From Planctomycetota bacterium (GTDB lineage: Bacteria; Planctomycetota; Planctomycetia; JALXBF01), in contig JALXBF010000105.1 in the NCBI GenBank assembly GCA_026991575.1, positions 123,233 through 143,232 of the forward strand: a stretch of 20,000 nucleotides of DNA. The letters are read 5' to 3'. Shown here one piece after another: positions 18,382-20,000 of the stretch. The notes below the pieces were generated by a model. The model was not told the origin of the DNA. It did no database searches and worked only from the letters and a program-made list of their open reading frames with translations. The translations under genes and the position numbers were made by a program. Position 1 is the first letter of the stretch; each line of letters starts with the position of its first letter.

Positions 18382-19434
18382 GTGTCGGAACCGACGATCG
18401 ATTGCCCACGACCGCTGGATCCGACTGACTGCGTGCTGCTGGCCCATGGCGAGGGGGGCAGGGCCAGCCGGCGGTTGCTGCGCGCCGTGGTGCTTGAGGA
18501 GCTGCACTCGGTGGCTCCGACCGCGCTGGACGACGCTGCCTCGCTGGGGAGGTTGACCGGGGAGGTAGTCGTGACCACCGATTCGTTCGTCGTAACCCCG
18601 CTGTCTTTCCCGGGCGGCGACATCGGCAGTCTGGCCGTGCATGGCAGTGTCAACGATCTGGCGGTCTGCGGCGCCCGCCCTGGTTGGCTGACGCTGTCGT
18701 TGATCCTGGAGGAAGGGTTGCCGCTGGCCGAATTGCGGCGCGTGCTACGCAGTGTCCGGCGTGCGGCGGAGGCATGTGGCGTGCGGATCGTGGCCGGGGA
18801 CACGAAAGTCGTAGCCCGCGGCCAGTGTGATCGCATGTTTATAACCGTGACGGCAGTTGGCGTGCGTCCGGAGGGCGTTCGGCTGGGCATCGATTTGGTC
18901 CGGCCCGGCGATGCGATTGTGGTCAGTGGCCCGATTGCCGAGCACGGGATGGCGGTGCTGGTGGAGCGGGAAGGCCTGATGCTGGAAGGCGAACTGCGGA
19001 GCGACTCGGCACCGGTCCATGAGGCGGTAGCGGCGTTGCTGGAAGCATGTCCGGAGGTACACTTCCTGCGTGATCCGACGCGGGGGGGGCTGGCGGCGGT
19101 GTTGCACGAGGTCGCTGAGCAGACAGGTCTGACGATCATCATCGACGAGCAAAGCGTGCCGGTAGCTCCGGCCGTGCGGGCCGCCTGTGAGTTGCTGGGG
19201 CTGGACCCGCTGCATGTGGCGTGTGAGGGGCGGTTCGTGGCGTTTGTCGCGGAGGAGGCAGCGGAGCGGGCGGTGGCGGTGTTGCGTGATGGCGGCTGGG
19301 CGGCCCAGGCAGCGTGCATTGGAAGGGTTGAGCGGCGGGAGGGGGTCGGCGGCGGCGTATTGGTGCGGACGCTTCTGGGTCTGGAGCGTGTGCTGGATGA
19401 GCCAACCGGCGCGCCGCTACCGCGGATCTGTTAG
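18382..19434 (+). CDS. hypE: Carbamoyl dehydratase HypE
   Basis: LAHGEGG, DDAA, TTDSFVV.P..FPGGDIG.LAV.GSVNDLA, GDTKVV, RDPTRGG, ACEG and C-terminal LPRIC. Confidence 0.96.
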   Translation: MSEPTIDCPRPLDPTDCVLLAHGEGGRASRRLLRAVVLEELHSVAPTALDDAASLGRLTGEVVVTTDSFVVTPLSFPGGDIGSLAVHGSVNDLAVCGARPGWLTLSLILEEGLPLAELRRVLRSVRRAAEACGVRIVAGDTKVVARGQCDRMFITVTAVGVRPEGVRLGIDLVRPGDAIVVSGPIAEHGMAVLVEREGLMLEGELRSDSAPVHEAVAALLEACPEVHFLRDPTRGGLAAVLHEVAEQTGLTIIIDEQSVPVAPAVRAACELLGLDPLHVACEGRFVAFVAEEAAERAVAVLRDGGWAAQAACIGRVERREGVGGGVLVRTLLGLERVLDEPTGAPLPRIC

Positions 19435-19535
19435 GGCTGGGGCAGATGGTCCAGAGCGTTGATGGTGTGGCGTTCTTGAGTGGCCGGGGCGGTTGGTTGT
19501 GGCTTTGCGGCCGCGGTCTGTGTGTTGGCAGCCGT

Positions 19536-19847
19536 TCACGAGGCGTTCTGGGGGCAGTGGTCGCAGTCGCCGCGGCAGTGGGCGGTGCGAGTGGTCTTGG
19601 TTGGGGCAGCTGGGTTGTGTTGGCGGGATTGTTGCAGGAGGACGGCAAGGCGGTAGCGGCAGGCGGTGCAGCCGGTACCGGCCTGGGTCGTGGCCATGAG
19701 TTGTTCGAGGGACTGGAGGTGCAGGCGGCGGATCGCTTGTTGGAGCTGGGCTTCGGTGAGGCAGAAGCAGTGGCAAGCGATCGGCGACCCGTCGGGTCCG
19801 ACCGTCTCGGTACGCTCAAACAGCCATTGGTAGGCCACGCTTGCCAT
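19536..19847 (-). CDS. BFD-like [2Fe-2S] protein (NifU central-domain-like) with a Cys-rich tail
   Basis: C-x-C-x32-C-x2-C (CHCF...AGTGCTAC), plus tail HCRGDCDHC. Has its own promoter upstream. Confidence 0.85.
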   Translation of the reverse strand: MASVAYQWLFERTETVGPDGSPIACHCFCLTEAQLQQAIRRLHLQSLEQLMATTQAGTGCTACRYRLAVLLQQSRQHNPAAPTKTTRTAHCRGDCDHCPQNAS

Positions 19848-19871
19848 GGCACCGCCCCGAAAAAAAGATCC

Positions 19872-19886
19872 TGAGACTCAGTATCA
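19872..19886. promoter_or_regulatory. Fur-family-like 7-1-7 operator
   Basis: TGAGACT-C-AGTATCA, arms matching 6/7, resembles the Fur 7-1-7 repeat TGATAAT-N-ATTATCA. It lies between the promoter and start codon of the bfd-like gene. Confidence 0.55.
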
Positions 19887-19897
19887 CCGCCTACGGA

Positions 19898-19925
19898 ATT
19901 CTATGGCGCCGGTTTGGCAGGTCAA
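19898..19925 (-). promoter_or_regulatory. Sigma-70 promoter of the bfd-like gene
   Basis: Minus strand reads TTGACC-16 nt-TAGAAT, about 50 nt upstream of ATG 19847. Confidence 0.6.
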
Positions 19926-20000
19926 CATTTTCAGAGCCGCGGGCGGCCGGTGCTGTGGGCAGGGGGGTCCGGCCGCCGCGGCCTCGGGGTTAGGGAGGGG

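Noticed and set aside
19446..19874. 142-aa + strand ORF after hypE, considered as a further hyp gene
   Set aside because: Low-complexity Gly/Ala/Val sequence antisense to the bfd-like gene, which has a clear motif and promoter.
1..20000. CRISPR arrays, tRNA/rRNA genes, transposases, integrases
   Set aside because: I saw no regularly spaced repeats, RNA-gene signatures or recombinase motifs on reading the window.

Overview
GC-rich chromosomal window, most likely from a planctomycete (inferred from a planctomycete cytochrome c/DUF1587-type gene and a HEAT-repeat exported protein). The left half runs mainly on the minus strand: a sodium:solute symporter, lysA, a large HEAT-repeat protein and a sigma-54 activator with no sensor domain, then a ~0.8 kb spacer and a DUF1592-family cytochrome gene that runs off the left edge and is missing from the ORF track. 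Divergent from the symporter are a DHDPS/NAL-family aldolase and an exported ThuA-like protein. The right half is a tightly coupled group 3b (sulfhydrogenase-type) [NiFe]-hydrogenase operon: hydB, a stand-alone cNMP-fold protein, hydG, hydD, hydA, maturation protease, hypA, hypF, hypC, hypE. A convergent BFD/NifU-like [2Fe-2S] gene follows, with a Fur-like box. The main oddities are a HypA lacking its zinc finger, no hypB or hypD in the operon, a cNMP-fold protein with Trp in both nucleotide-binding positions, and a pseudo-receiver segment in the HEAT protein next to a receiver-less activator. I saw no RNA genes, CRISPR arrays or mobile elements. All family calls come from motif recognition by eye, not database searches.
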